Below are positions 27,601 through 36,895 of a stretch of DNA of 64,000 nucleotides, one piece after another; within the stretch, counting starts at the first letter, position 1, and every line of letters begins with the position of its first letter. The translations under genes were made by a program, and so were the position numbers. Source of the stretch: an uncultured Planctomycetia bacterium (GTDB lineage: Bacteria > Omnitrophota > Gorgyraeia > 2-01-FULL-45-10 > JAHFGN01); the NCBI GenBank assembly GCA_964354545.1, contig CAYHAE010000001.1, positions 65,190 to 129,189 on the forward strand, read 5' to 3'. The notes under the pieces are model-generated. The model saw only the letters and a list, made by a program, of their open reading frames with translations, made no database searches and was not told where the DNA came from.

Positions 27601-30600
27601 CGAAAGAGGCGTGCAAGTTCGACGGCTCGACCGTGACCTTCGATGAAGAAGGCGCGCTCCTCTCGTTCAAGGGCCAGATCATCGATGCTTCGTACGCAAG
27701 CATCCTCGGGCCTTGCAAGTCTGTTACGGGGGAAAAAGTCGTTAGGGATGGGCTGACGCGGATCTATGACGCCCGCGGAAAGCTCTCCGCGCTGATGACC
27801 GGCGAAAATACTCACATCGAATATCGCGAGAATGAGATCGTTTCGATCGCGACCGGGGATGGTGTCAAGCGTCTCTACGAAGCTGGTACGCTGACAGAAC
27901 TGATCGATAAGGACGGGGCGACCTTCTCGTTCGACGCGTCTGGAAAGGCAGTGAGGTCGGTAGACCGTTTCGGGAACGTCTACGATTACGCATATGGGTA
28001 CGATCCCGTCGACGGAGAGGAGACGGTGATCATCTTCGAGGAGACCACGGGCCTCAGGCGGTTCTATAAGAGCGGGGTTCTCTACCATACAGAAGACCTT
28101 GCAGGGGTTACCTCTGACAATCTTTATGATGCGGACGGACGGCTCACCGAGGTGCTTATAAAGAATTATGATACCGTGGTCGGCCGATATTCGTACACAT
28201 ATCTTGATAGCGGAAAGACCGGCGTTAGTGATCTCCTCGGCAACACGAGAACCTATGCCTGTGACGGGAGACTGGAAACCTTGGTCGACAAAGATAACAA
28301 TGTCTTCCAATACACCTATCCGGATTCCGTGACGACCCGGTTGGATTGGGTGCCGTACGAGGCGCAACAGGCGCCGGCAGCAGATTTTGTGATCGCGCAG
28401 GAATTCGTGAACGATGCTCTTCGTAAAGTCGTCAGGGCAGATGGAACAGTAACGACCTATCGGGTTGGTGGAGACCTCGATTCTATACAGGAGGGAAGCG
28501 GGAAGACCATCATTCAGTATCTCTACGATGAAGCGGGAGAGCTTGAAGGTGTAGATCTCAGGGGAAGCCGCGAAGACCTATCGCGAGCCGTACAAGATGC
28601 GCGCACTGAGATCGAGGCGGAAAAGAATAATACCATTAAAAAGATTGAGACTCAAAGAGATAGTGCGTTGTCAAATATATTTAACCAATATGTTCCACAA
28701 TTTCTTGCTCTATTCAATCAACTATCTACGCTTTCCGATCAATTGAGTGCATTGACAGGCCATAGTTATGGCATTTTTTTCGAAGTCACCATCGCTCAGC
28801 ATATAGCGGGTTTGGATCCGGCAGATCCAAACATTCCCATAATAAAAAGTCTCGTGCAGCAACTACAGGATGTAAATAATCAGCAACTTGCGCTTCTTGC
28901 GCAGAAGGCTGCAGAGCAAAAACCGATCGAAGACGAGGCGACGCGGCAAATTGCCGAGATAGAGCGTCAGGCAGATCAAGAGGTCGCAAAGATCGATGCC
29001 CAAATTGGGCTACTCTCACTAGATATATCGAGGAGAGAAGGAGCCGCCTTCGTCCTTTACTATCACCGAAAGATACTTGGCAGAGACCTTAGCAGACCAG
29101 AAGCGGATGCCTGGGTATCACAACTGTCGGCAGACAAGCAGAAATTCACCCGTGAGGAGGTCGTAGGAACGATACTCTCTTCGGCAGAATATGCCGACCG
29201 GAAGGCATGGGTTGCGTCTATTAAGAAGTCAGTTCGCCATGCGCTCGAGGGATATCTGTTGATGACAGAGCAGGAAAAGGACACGTTCCTGGTTATGCTC
29301 GGCCTCTCTCGACAGGATGCGGCACGACTCAATCGTTATGATGTCGAAAAGATCCTCTCCTGGATCGATTCTCAGGGACTCCATTTCGGGCAATCGGCAT
29401 TCCTCGCGCTCAAGAACGTACTCGAAGCGAACGGCGTGGTGTGCGATCTTGAGGATCTTGCGATAAATGCCATCCTTATCGATATACTATCCGGCGCGAT
29501 CGATTCGCTCGCAAAGGGCGATCTCGCGCTTTCTATGTTCGCGCTGAGTACCTGTGCAAGAACCAAGGGCGTAGCGCTCTTCAATGCGAAACTCATATGG
29601 GAAGATATTGCCCAGCTTCCGTCGCCCAGGTTCATTGCGCTCGTCGATGGCAATCACTATATCGTCGTCACCGGCGTCGAAGGTGATGAGGTCTATTACA
29701 GGGAAGAGAACAGAGGGCCAGCCGGTACCGACGAGGTGATGACGAAAGACGAATTCATTAAGACGTGGTCGGGATATGCGATTGTAGTACAGGCCAAAGG
29801 TCTTTCTCTTACTGAACCCATCCCGGAACCTATCGCGTCGAAACTGATAACTTCCCAAGAAGCTCGCGCTGTTAAGGGTGCCTGTATAGGTCTCTTTGTT
29901 GCATTCGTCATTTGGGCCGTCTCGGCCGTCCTTACGGTTGTTGCGACTGTCGCATCAGTGATAGCGACAATCGTAACAACTGTGGTGAGTGCAATCGCTG
30001 CGGTTGTGTCGCAGTTCGCGACCGTAATTACCGCGCTTGGTGCGAAGCTTGTAAGTGGTATTTCCACGGCGTTTACAGGGATCGGGCAAATGATAGGCAG
30101 TGTGGCAGGGGCTTCCATTGCGAGCATGGCCACTGCCGCGTTGAAGACGGTGGCGAGCATTGGTTTGAGCTTTGGCATCTCAGCGGGTTTGAAAGCGCTC
30201 GGTGTCAACACAACCATTACAAATCTGACGAGTGCGTTTCTTACGGGAGGGATCCTTGGCCTGATCAATCCTGTTGCAGGTATAAGCATGCTAGGATCGT
30301 TTATGATGGAAGGGATGAAATATGCCACGATTGCCGGCATCAATGAAGCCGGCGTTGCGCTCAGGCTCGACCCGGCCATCACGAACCTCATGGCGATCAC
30401 CTCAGGGGCCCTCGTCGGCGGCGTCTGGCGCGGCAACATTGGACAAACTCTCGTTACCATCGCGCCGAGCGTCGCATCCGAGGCCGCATATATAGGTATG
30501 CAGAGCGTTGGCAACCTCCTCGGCATCGATCCGCGGATATCCTACCTTGCAGGAGTGGGTATTAGAAGCACCCTAAATGCGGGCCTGACCCACGACTTTA

Positions 30601-33068
30601 TGCCAGATGTTATCTGGGGTGGGGTGCAGAGTGGGCTGCTACGGGGGATTACCTCAATAGGCATTAACTATGCTACTCAGGAATTGGGCATAAACCCGTT
30701 TATTGCCAACCTGTCGGCTGCTGCCATGGCAGGTGGCATAGAAGGCCTGTTAGAAGGCAGGAATCCCATAGAAGGCATATTTGACACTTATTTTAGAGCA
30801 GGAATAGGCCTATTGACGCTAGGGGGCGATGGAGGCAATAATCCATGGCTTAGAGCTGCTTATATATCCCAAGTATTAGATTTTAGTCAAATTATACAGG
30901 AAAGGGGTATAGTTAATGCGCTTGATACATATGCAACAGGCTTCTTACACCAACAGACGATTAATGAGATATGGAAGCAAGGAGGCATTGCCGAATTGCT
31001 TACAAAACCCAATCAGATTGAAATAACGACCAATAATAAAGGCGAAGTTGTGAAGCGAATATACACAATGGTGATTAATTCGAATTCCGATAAACTTATA
31101 AGTAACTATATAGACCTGTCACCTACCTACGATATGCTTGTCGGATACAGAGAGGGCAATATTATCACCCATTGTGAATTCGTGATTGGTCCAGATGGCA
31201 GACCTCAATTGAAGAATGGCGAAAAGGAGATTCTTGGTTCAGACGGTTCAAAGAAAGTAGACTATGTTGAAAACTTTAACCTAACAAAGAGAGATATTAT
31301 TGATCCAAGTGGCAATAAGACAGGTTATTATATCCCAGTCGAAGGAACAAACTCCATTATAATTGGAGAAAATGACCAGATAATAAGTGGTAAATTCGTG
31401 TCTTTGGTGAGCAACTATAATATAACATCTAAAGATGGCTCTCTATATGACTATACAGGGTCAGAATTGATAGGTATAGATAGTTATTTTCTTGAAGATT
31501 ATCTTGGATTGGACGAAGACGATGATTTACAGCTTGATGATATCTCGATTAACATCAGTAAATTAGATTTAGGATATGATGTATCAGTAGGGTTAGTTGA
31601 TCCTACCAAGCAAAGCGATTTAGACGCGCTTAGTGCTGTATACAAGGTAGCCTCATTTATAAAAGATACATATTTACCCGCTGGCTTTATTACAAGTGAA
31701 GACCTTAATTTGGATGGATATGGTTATATAGAGCACTCTTATGGTAACAATGTCTATGCTGTTATTGACATAGGGAGTGGCTATAAACCAGTAGAAATGA
31801 ATTATAATGGATTACACTTAATAGGGGATAGAGACAAGGTTGGCATCGGGCAGAGTCTAAATCCAAATGGTTATACGAGCGTTATTAATGGAGAAGTGCG
31901 ATACGATATAGATGCAAATACATATTTAACAGCCAGAATTGATAATGGCTTACCGACATCTATCAAATATAATGGTTCTACCGATATGGTTCAATATGAA
32001 GGTTCATATTTTACAGATGGAACGTTAGATAGTGGTGAGTTATTAATAGCAGGACGGGATGTTATTATAATTCAAGACGGAATTCCTACTTTGAGGTATA
32101 ATGTAAACAATCCGAGCGGTTCGCTTACAAGTATTGACTGCGAGGGGTTAATATCGCTTTTTACAAATATACAAATACAGAAAGGTCAGGTTAGCTTACC
32201 CGGTATTTACAACGCTCTTATGAATTCACCGGAAGCAGATTTTACAGCATATGCAAATGAAATATTTAATGCTCGAAACCTGTTAAGCTCAGATGGCATG
32301 CTTTCGTATAATGAGGCAATAGCTATTTATTGTAATAGCGAAAATGCCATGAATGCCGAAGAGTTTCTGAATATATCTAAATTATATTATACATTGAGAG
32401 ACCCAGTAGCCGTTTACCTAAATCAATTCTTCCATCAAGTAACTGATGAAGTCAGAACAAAATTTGACGATTCTTATGCACAACTATCCGGATATAACTC
32501 TTTAGATGGCTTCTCTTATATTATGGAGAGCGGTTCCAAAACAGCGGGCATAGGTCAAATTAACAAAGACGGCCTAAGGGTTTATTCTATTATAGGAGTA
32601 AGTGCAAATATGAGCGAAAAGATATTCAACCCCTATGTGAAATTTTTTGTTAATTTTACAACAAATAATGAAGTAACCGATATGCTTCAACCTTTAGTCG
32701 ATTATAAAACTATACCCGGTATAAATCACGCTTATCAGCCCGAAGATATTTTCCGCAATCCAACAAGTGATAAGCAGGTGTGGAATGTCGAATTTGATGA
32801 CATTGAAGTTAATTCTACATTATCACCAGTAAAGGATTATATGCATGTTGACTATGCACGAAATACAGACCATCCTTATCATGAGATTTTTGTTGCATTA
32901 TCAGCGGCTGCTGAAATTGCAGTGTATGATGGCGGAGAAACATTCAAGTCAATTATTATGAAAGCAAAAGGATTTACCGATGGCAGCTCTCTAAATCAAT
33001 ATCTTCAACAGAATGGTAGGAAAATAGACATAGGTATCGATGACAATGATAGATGGAAGCAGAATTAG
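24678..33068 (+). CDS. giant secreted YD-repeat (Rhs-like) protein (2797 aa) with signal peptide, an internal tandem roughly 250-aa duplication, a coiled coil, a papain/C39-like region, a Gly/Ala/Ser-rich hydrophobic region and a compositionally distinct C-terminal region
   Basis: Signal peptide MDRMRFFPLTKIISIALVFTLL. YD-type repeats are present (YDESGRL, YDNTGQI, YDARGKL, YDADGRL, YxYLDSGKTG). Duplicated modules are NIYVWEKEEVRPAEALYSF and DVYVWRKGDDRPAIPLYSF. A DGNHYIVVTGV motif is present. The last roughly 2.2 kb are AT-rich. Confidence 0.75.
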   Translation: MDRMRFFPLTKIISIALVFTLLNQQILFAADYSYGIPVENEKNRSGFMSVDELDKAQRRQEELIARLQASLDSKLSGGVGDESEWTLQRKSGTSSEGQDSAVTPSAQDQTVPLEVSQAEITVTTAAGDHIAYSGGAIARIEQPNGTIIEDVVLTPTGELERGLIRFVDGGVLTIEGGRACSYLGPDGTATHYRQDGLVDSEVTPDGLVSYYSYLFDDAGSIARTTITRPEEIIEYDESGRLSKVTKLDGTEIGYENGIISQMTKGDGSKYVFGRILNGPDIEVKIVTYFNNSGYRVDFDSVYNVVSVTSPSGSFTKYGHDRTPLYTRKDNALIAYDNTGQIAYAICGVTGFDGTYRQGQDGYIAVPLATIDELARAIEDLDSAARALADAEDACAKRQLELTEAMQFSAQTFQAYQEADTSAQQAETARRAAEAALMSTLVDVETQFAYGDDVTEIEDQKVVLREQFGIFNTTLWYRTSSAYAQCTSGRLFLCGTGTDTRAHVHYQKTFGEYTFARMGFDFKVDSLTGSFKAGLQSASSSTSFGNSLQTACIEVREGKICIDIVQGQLENQPTAVLLPKVNTDYSCLFELKNGYLNIYVWEKEEVRPAEALYSFRTQNWPGLRPFFEVRSGCAWVGNVMLHAPLDDRIYDVKSQLAGRMSYHDDYATRYEYRQAGTSTLTDLDTFNRLTRLWESGSSVTSGRANVSLSGLRMRSYLPRTIDQTYSFDFALGTVYSNARAGLEGKEATGNGYLRFVVQSGRLSVVTVCNDHEKTVAVSPEQFLPLQQYTAQFEVKAGAIDVYVWRKGDDRPAIPLYSFTDPSWSALRFYAKTDSGRFVIDEFSRTQTCGATGQEADTVVAHLRDMFDAERSAIVNREDARGRYEAALTQEGQAKDALTIAENGHASALTQEEQALHALEGINGALNVPRVIPDQPLFYETCDRVIQDMPAVVLYINENFASEAGISYVTYWQNGLPKEACKFDGSTVTFDEEGALLSFKGQIIDASYASILGPCKSVTGEKVVRDGLTRIYDARGKLSALMTGENTHIEYRENEIVSIATGDGVKRLYEAGTLTELIDKDGATFSFDASGKAVRSVDRFGNVYDYAYGYDPVDGEETVIIFEETTGLRRFYKSGVLYHTEDLAGVTSDNLYDADGRLTEVLIKNYDTVVGRYSYTYLDSGKTGVSDLLGNTRTYACDGRLETLVDKDNNVFQYTYPDSVTTRLDWVPYEAQQAPAADFVIAQEFVNDALRKVVRADGTVTTYRVGGDLDSIQEGSGKTIIQYLYDEAGELEGVDLRGSREDLSRAVQDARTEIEAEKNNTIKKIETQRDSALSNIFNQYVPQFLALFNQLSTLSDQLSALTGHSYGIFFEVTIAQHIAGLDPADPNIPIIKSLVQQLQDVNNQQLALLAQKAAEQKPIEDEATRQIAEIERQADQEVAKIDAQIGLLSLDISRREGAAFVLYYHRKILGRDLSRPEADAWVSQLSADKQKFTREEVVGTILSSAEYADRKAWVASIKKSVRHALEGYLLMTEQEKDTFLVMLGLSRQDAARLNRYDVEKILSWIDSQGLHFGQSAFLALKNVLEANGVVCDLEDLAINAILIDILSGAIDSLAKGDLALSMFALSTCARTKGVALFNAKLIWEDIAQLPSPRFIALVDGNHYIVVTGVEGDEVYYREENRGPAGTDEVMTKDEFIKTWSGYAIVVQAKGLSLTEPIPEPIASKLITSQEARAVKGACIGLFVAFVIWAVSAVLTVVATVASVIATIVTTVVSAIAAVVSQFATVITALGAKLVSGISTAFTGIGQMIGSVAGASIASMATAALKTVASIGLSFGISAGLKALGVNTTITNLTSAFLTGGILGLINPVAGISMLGSFMMEGMKYATIAGINEAGVALRLDPAITNLMAITSGALVGGVWRGNIGQTLVTIAPSVASEAAYIGMQSVGNLLGIDPRISYLAGVGIRSTLNAGLTHDFMPDVIWGGVQSGLLRGITSIGINYATQELGINPFIANLSAAAMAGGIEGLLEGRNPIEGIFDTYFRAGIGLLTLGGDGGNNPWLRAAYISQVLDFSQIIQERGIVNALDTYATGFLHQQTINEIWKQGGIAELLTKPNQIEITTNNKGEVVKRIYTMVINSNSDKLISNYIDLSPTYDMLVGYREGNIITHCEFVIGPDGRPQLKNGEKEILGSDGSKKVDYVENFNLTKRDIIDPSGNKTGYYIPVEGTNSIIIGENDQIISGKFVSLVSNYNITSKDGSLYDYTGSELIGIDSYFLEDYLGLDEDDDLQLDDISINISKLDLGYDVSVGLVDPTKQSDLDALSAVYKVASFIKDTYLPAGFITSEDLNLDGYGYIEHSYGNNVYAVIDIGSGYKPVEMNYNGLHLIGDRDKVGIGQSLNPNGYTSVINGEVRYDIDANTYLTARIDNGLPTSIKYNGSTDMVQYEGSYFTDGTLDSGELLIAGRDVIIIQDGIPTLRYNVNNPSGSLTSIDCEGLISLFTNIQIQKGQVSLPGIYNALMNSPEADFTAYANEIFNARNLLSSDGMLSYNEAIAIYCNSENAMNAEEFLNISKLYYTLRDPVAVYLNQFFHQVTDEVRTKFDDSYAQLSGYNSLDGFSYIMESGSKTAGIGQINKDGLRVYSIIGVSANMSEKIFNPYVKFFVNFTTNNEVTDMLQPLVDYKTIPGINHAYQPEDIFRNPTSDKQVWNVEFDDIEVNSTLSPVKDYMHVDYARNTDHPYHEIFVALSAAAEIAVYDGGETFKSIIMKAKGFTDGSSLNQYLQQNGRKIDIGIDDNDRWKQN

Positions 33069-33083
33069 TAAAATGAGGACAAA

Positions 33084-33674
33084 ATGAAAAATAAAATATT
33101 GTTAATTTTGGCAATACTTTTAGCAATAATTATCATAGCAGGATTTATGATATTTGAGTTTTTACCAAAGACTTATTGGTCACCGTCATGGCAATATGGC
33201 CTACGTGAGCAAAAAAAGCATCAAGTGACAGAGGAGTTTATCAACTTATCCACGGACGAGCTGATAAAACAAATCGATTTAAATAAAGATCGGAAACAAT
33301 ATAAAGGTGAAAAAGGAACTTTTAAATCTATAAAATATGAGGTTAGCATTAGTTTATTAGGCTCAAGAACCGATGAAAAAGCTTTATCGAAGCTCAAAGA
33401 AATTATTCTAACCTTTCCTGAAGGTCAAAAGTGGACTGCAATTTCTGCTATTCGTAAGAGCAAAAATAAAGCCATGATTCCAGTTCTTTGTGAGGCACTT
33501 AAAAAGCACACGTTGCATCATACTGACGACCTTATAGTTAAAGCCCTTGTAGATATTGATGACTCAGTTGCACTTGATTGTCTTATTCAAGAAAAAGACA
33601 AGCTTTCATATAGAACCTCTCGTGAGCTAGCAGGAAAAGCCATTGAAAAATGGAGCCACGAGAAAGCTCAATGA
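33084..33674 (+). CDS. membrane-anchored HEAT-repeat-like protein (candidate cognate immunity/accessory protein)
   Basis: N-terminal TM helix. HEAT-like repeats (WTAISAIRKSKNKAMIPVLCEALKK, DDLIVKALVDIDDSVALDCL). It starts 16 nt after the giant gene. Confidence 0.45.
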   Translation: MKNKILLILAILLAIIIIAGFMIFEFLPKTYWSPSWQYGLREQKKHQVTEEFINLSTDELIKQIDLNKDRKQYKGEKGTFKSIKYEVSISLLGSRTDEKALSKLKEIILTFPEGQKWTAISAIRKSKNKAMIPVLCEALKKHTLHHTDDLIVKALVDIDDSVALDCLIQEKDKLSYRTSRELAGKAIEKWSHEKAQ

Positions 33675-33675
33675 G

Positions 33676-33806
33676 AAATCTCCGGGACGGTTACAAAATC
33701 TATCCCTGCCTGCCGGTAGGCAGGCCAGACGCGCCCTAAATTCCATCCCAGACCCATCCCCGAATTTCATCCTATATAGAACCTCCAGGGCGTTTACAAA
33801 TTCTAC
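33676..33806. repeat. cassette-punctuating GC-rich element, copy 1 (with internal hairpin insertion and duplicated head)
   Basis: CTCCGGGACGGTTACAAAATC...CCAGACGCGCCCTAAATTCCATCCCAGACCCATCCCCGAATTTCATCCTATATAGAACCTCCAGGGCGTTTACAAATTC read directly. Confidence 0.7.
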
Positions 33807-33845
33807 AAAATGTAAGGAAGAGAGATTAGAGAGATGTTAAACTAG

Positions 33846-33872
33846 GCAACCCAGGAGGTGGGTTGCTTTTAT
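33846..33872 (+). terminator. rho-independent terminator
   Basis: Hairpin GCAACCCA-ggagg-TGGGTTGC followed by TTTT. Confidence 0.5.
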
Positions 33873-33965
33873 AATTGGTGAAGTCAAATATGAAGATATC
33901 GATTTTATGAAGTAAAAGATGAGAATAGATTGGATGCCAGAAGATATTTTGAGGGTCCTAGAGGG

Positions 33966-34274
33966 TTACTTTTTTCCCTCTCGTGTAAGCCTAAATTCCA
34001 TCGACTTTCTTGCTTCAAAATAGATTTTCGAAATTAACTTATGCCGCTCTTCCACTTCACTTTTGTCCGCGGTAAGCCGACTCAGCTTCTTCAATAGGTC
34101 ACTCTTTTCAAAATCGGGCTTGTTTCTAGGGAATAACCTGGAGTTCGTATCTATCGTTTCAATGCAGATCATCAATCGTAATACCTCAGAGAAGCTTAAA
34201 TCGTACTTTTCTCCAAGGAACTTTATATAATCACTGATCCAGTCCTCAAGAAGCACTTGCTGCCTTTTAAGCAC
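33966..34274 (-). CDS. hypothetical protein (102 aa), reverse-oriented in the cassette region
   Basis: ORF only. Its codon usage fits the AT-rich island. Confidence 0.3.
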   Translation of the reverse strand: MLKRQQVLLEDWISDYIKFLGEKYDLSFSEVLRLMICIETIDTNSRLFPRNKPDFEKSDLLKKLSRLTADKSEVEERHKLISKIYFEARKSMEFRLTREGKK

Positions 34275-34615
34275 AATACCCTCCTTGCTAGTATCATAAT
34301 GATATCAGAAAGCGTTTAACGGCACAATAACAAAATGGCTCATTTATTACACATATTTACTACACACTTTTATTGTTGACAAATAGGTGAATAAATATTA
34401 GGCTATTTATTGTCGGAAGAATCCCATTAGAGAAGATGTTTGATATTAATCAAAAATTATTTAATAACGAGATTAAATATATCTCAATGAGATCTGGAAA
34501 TGAATAAAGTAATTCGCAATAAGATGCTGTGGATTGTGTATTTTTTAGTAGCCCCCGTAATTGCGTTCATATCATTTATAGTTTCAAGAAAAGATTTATG
34601 AAAGGGAGGTATCGT

Positions 34616-35230
34616 ATGCGTAAACTTATAACATGTGGTTTAATTGTTTTGTTTTGTACCTCTATTACAGGTTGCGCTACTATTATGACTGGAACAACAC
34701 AAAAAATACCAGTCTCATCCAATCCGTCTGGCGCTAATCTGCAGGTGGATGGACAGAGTACATATACAACTCCCGTTACGGTGGTTTTGGAAAGAAAAAG
34801 AGACCATATTCTGGTATTTACAAAAGAGGGATACAATCAAGCGACGATAACGATTCTTCATGTCTTAAGCGGAGCAGTGTGCGGAAATATTTTATTAGGT
34901 GGTTTAATTGGATTTGGTGTTGATGCATGCACTGGTGCAATGAATAAATTAGTACCTGAGAATGTTCAGGTTGAACTGCAGAAAGCAGCTCCGGGCGCAT
35001 CTGCCCCAGTCGCAATCAAGGAATTAACCCCCGAAGATAAAATTAACCAGTTAAAAAATATGTACGACAAAGGCATGTTGACTAAAGAGGAATATGAAGC
35101 AAATAAGAAAGTTATATTATATCAAATGTCACAACAGGGAGTACTCGAAGCTCAAGGTGCTGCGGTCACCCAAAATAAACAAGAAAACATAAGTACCCAA
35201 GCGCCGCAGGGTGACTTGGGCACTAAATAA
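34616..35230 (+). CDS. lipoprotein with C-terminal SHOCT domain
   Basis: Lipobox LFCTSITGC. SHOCT-like C-terminus INQLKNMYDKGMLTKEEYEANKKVILYQM. RBS GGGAGG. Confidence 0.55.
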   Translation: MRKLITCGLIVLFCTSITGCATIMTGTTQKIPVSSNPSGANLQVDGQSTYTTPVTVVLERKRDHILVFTKEGYNQATITILHVLSGAVCGNILLGGLIGFGVDACTGAMNKLVPENVQVELQKAAPGASAPVAIKELTPEDKINQLKNMYDKGMLTKEEYEANKKVILYQMSQQGVLEAQGAAVTQNKQENISTQAPQGDLGTK

Positions 35231-35237
35231 TTACGAG

Positions 35238-35326
35238 AACCTCAGGGACGTTTACAAAATCCATCCCAGACGCGGTCCTAAATTCCATCCCAGCCCCATC
35301 CCCGAATTTCATCCTATATAGAACCA
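35238..35326. repeat. cassette-punctuating GC-rich element, copy 2
   Basis: CTCAGGGACGTTTACAAAATCCATCCCAGACGCGGTCCTAAATTCCATCCCAGCCCCATCCCCGAATTTCATCCTATATAGAACC. Confidence 0.7.
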
Positions 35327-35531
35327 CCTCCTTTCATTATATAAGACGTACGAGGAGCAGGAATTCTTGCAAAAAAAGTATCAAAAGGGACAGGTCTGAG
35401 ATAAAATATGAATACAGGTCTGAGATGAGAAATAGGGATAGGGCTAAGATGAAAAATGATAACAAGTTTAATCTCAAAAATGAAAACGTTCCACAGTTAC
35501 GTTTTCCTATTAATAGTTATGGAAGTATAAT

Positions 35532-36371
35532 ATGCCATTAGTTAGAATACCCAATTCAGAGTCAGATATTCTTACCGCAATTTCTCCAATTCTCGTGTGG
35601 AACGATGATAAAAATCCTCGCATTGTTGGTACAGCAGTTTTGTTAGGGCCTGGATTAGCTTTATCAGTACTGCATGTTATTCAGGATTTTGTTCCTAAAA
35701 ATAAGTGTACAGATGAGATAAATGCTAACGTTGCTATATTCCAAGCCTCATCAGGGGCAGCATGGTATATCAGGAGAGTTTGGGCCACAAGCCATACTGA
35801 TGCTGCTTTCTTGGGTCTTGAGCCTAAAAATGATGCAGCTAAAAATTATAAATGGCACCGCTTTGGAATAAATCTCCATTTACCAAAACCCGGAGAGAAG
35901 ATTTTTGCTGCTGGTTTTCCTTGTTCTAAAATCAACGGTGTTGATGAGGGGCTTACTCAAAAAGGAATAACTGCTATAAAGGTCAATTTAAATCTTCAAA
36001 CTGTAAGTGGAATCGTACAGGAATCACATGGTTCCAAGCACGAAGGCCATTTAGATTTTCCTTGCTTCCAGTGTAATGCAAAATTTGATCCACAAATGAG
36101 TGGAGGGCCAGTTCTGGATGAGAGCGGATATTTGCGCGGCCTTGTATGCACAGGATTTGATTTTGCTGACGCAGGTGAGCCTGTTTCCTTTGCCGCAGGC
36201 ATTATGCCTACTATGGCGATTAAGATTGATAGGTCTTTGCCAAGCCTTGACAAAACTCAGGAATATTATGTTCTTGAATTGGCAAAGAATGGTTTTTTAC
36301 CTGTAATCGGTTATGAAAGAGTTAAAATAACAGAGCTTAAAAATGGGAGGACTAGAATCGAATTGAGGTAA
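35532..36371 (+). CDS. trypsin-like (S1/chymotrypsin-fold) serine peptidase-like protein without signal peptide
   Basis: His in SVLHVIQD, Asp in HTDAAFLGL and Ser in QMSGGPVLD match the His-Asp-Ser order and the GDSGGP-type motif. Confidence 0.5.
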   Translation: MPLVRIPNSESDILTAISPILVWNDDKNPRIVGTAVLLGPGLALSVLHVIQDFVPKNKCTDEINANVAIFQASSGAAWYIRRVWATSHTDAAFLGLEPKNDAAKNYKWHRFGINLHLPKPGEKIFAAGFPCSKINGVDEGLTQKGITAIKVNLNLQTVSGIVQESHGSKHEGHLDFPCFQCNAKFDPQMSGGPVLDESGYLRGLVCTGFDFADAGEPVSFAAGIMPTMAIKIDRSLPSLDKTQEYYVLELAKNGFLPVIGYERVKITELKNGRTRIELR

Positions 36372-36373
36372 TA

Positions 36374-36455
36374 GCCTCCGGGACGCTTACATAATCCATC
36401 CCAGACGCGTCCCTAAATTTTATCCCACAGGTCCTGAGATGAAAAATAGGGATGG
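36374..36455. repeat. cassette-punctuating GC-rich element, copy 3 (compact palindromic form)
   Basis: CTCCGGGACGCTTACATAATCCATCCCAGACGCGTCCCTAAATTTTATCCCACAGGTCCTGAGATGAAAAATAGGGATGGGGCTAAGAT. The arms GGGACGC/GCGTCCC and TCCCTAAATTTTATC/GATGAAAAATAGGGA are inverted. Confidence 0.7.
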
Positions 36456-36895
36456 GGCTAAGATCATTGTTTTATAGAGGAGGTGCAGTGGAGAAGCAAA
36501 AGTCTGTTGGGATAACAATTCTCGGATGGCTCGGTTTCTTGCTAGCCATAGTGAATCTCGCAATTTATATATTTCTTCTTCTTGTTATGGGTATTAGATG
36601 GCAAATAGAAGTGGTTGCCAGATTTCTAAGAGGTAACCCACAGGCGTTAAGTTTAATCTGGACTAATTATTCGCCGTTAGTATTAGGTTTTTTACTAATT
36701 TATATCGGTAGATTCTTATTAAAGAAAGCCAACCTAATATTCATAAAAAATGTAACGGTCACCTACCTTGTGTTAAGCGTTGTCTTTCTATTTATCAATA
36801 TCTCCTCTCTCCTTATGGCTTTCTATAACTTAGCATATTTTGTCTTGCTGTTAATCGTAATAGATCGCCCAAAATTCAAGGAGCAGTTTAAATGA
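36452..36895 (+). CDS. small polytopic membrane protein, unknown function
   Basis: Four hydrophobic helices. It overlaps the next gene by 4 nt. Confidence 0.4.
   Translation: MGLRSLFYRGGAVEKQKSVGITILGWLGFLLAIVNLAIYIFLLLVMGIRWQIEVVARFLRGNPQALSLIWTNYSPLVLGFLLIYIGRFLLKKANLIFIKNVTVTYLVLSVVFLFINISSLLMAFYNLAYFVLLLIVIDRPKFKEQFK

Noticed and set aside
27531-28367. 278-aa ORF on the minus strand inside the giant gene (also 29696-30526, 276 aa)
   Set aside because: It is antisense to a well-supported GC-rich coding region. Its composition is Arg/Gly/Pro-rich and low-complexity, as expected from frame artefacts in GC-rich DNA. It has no start context.
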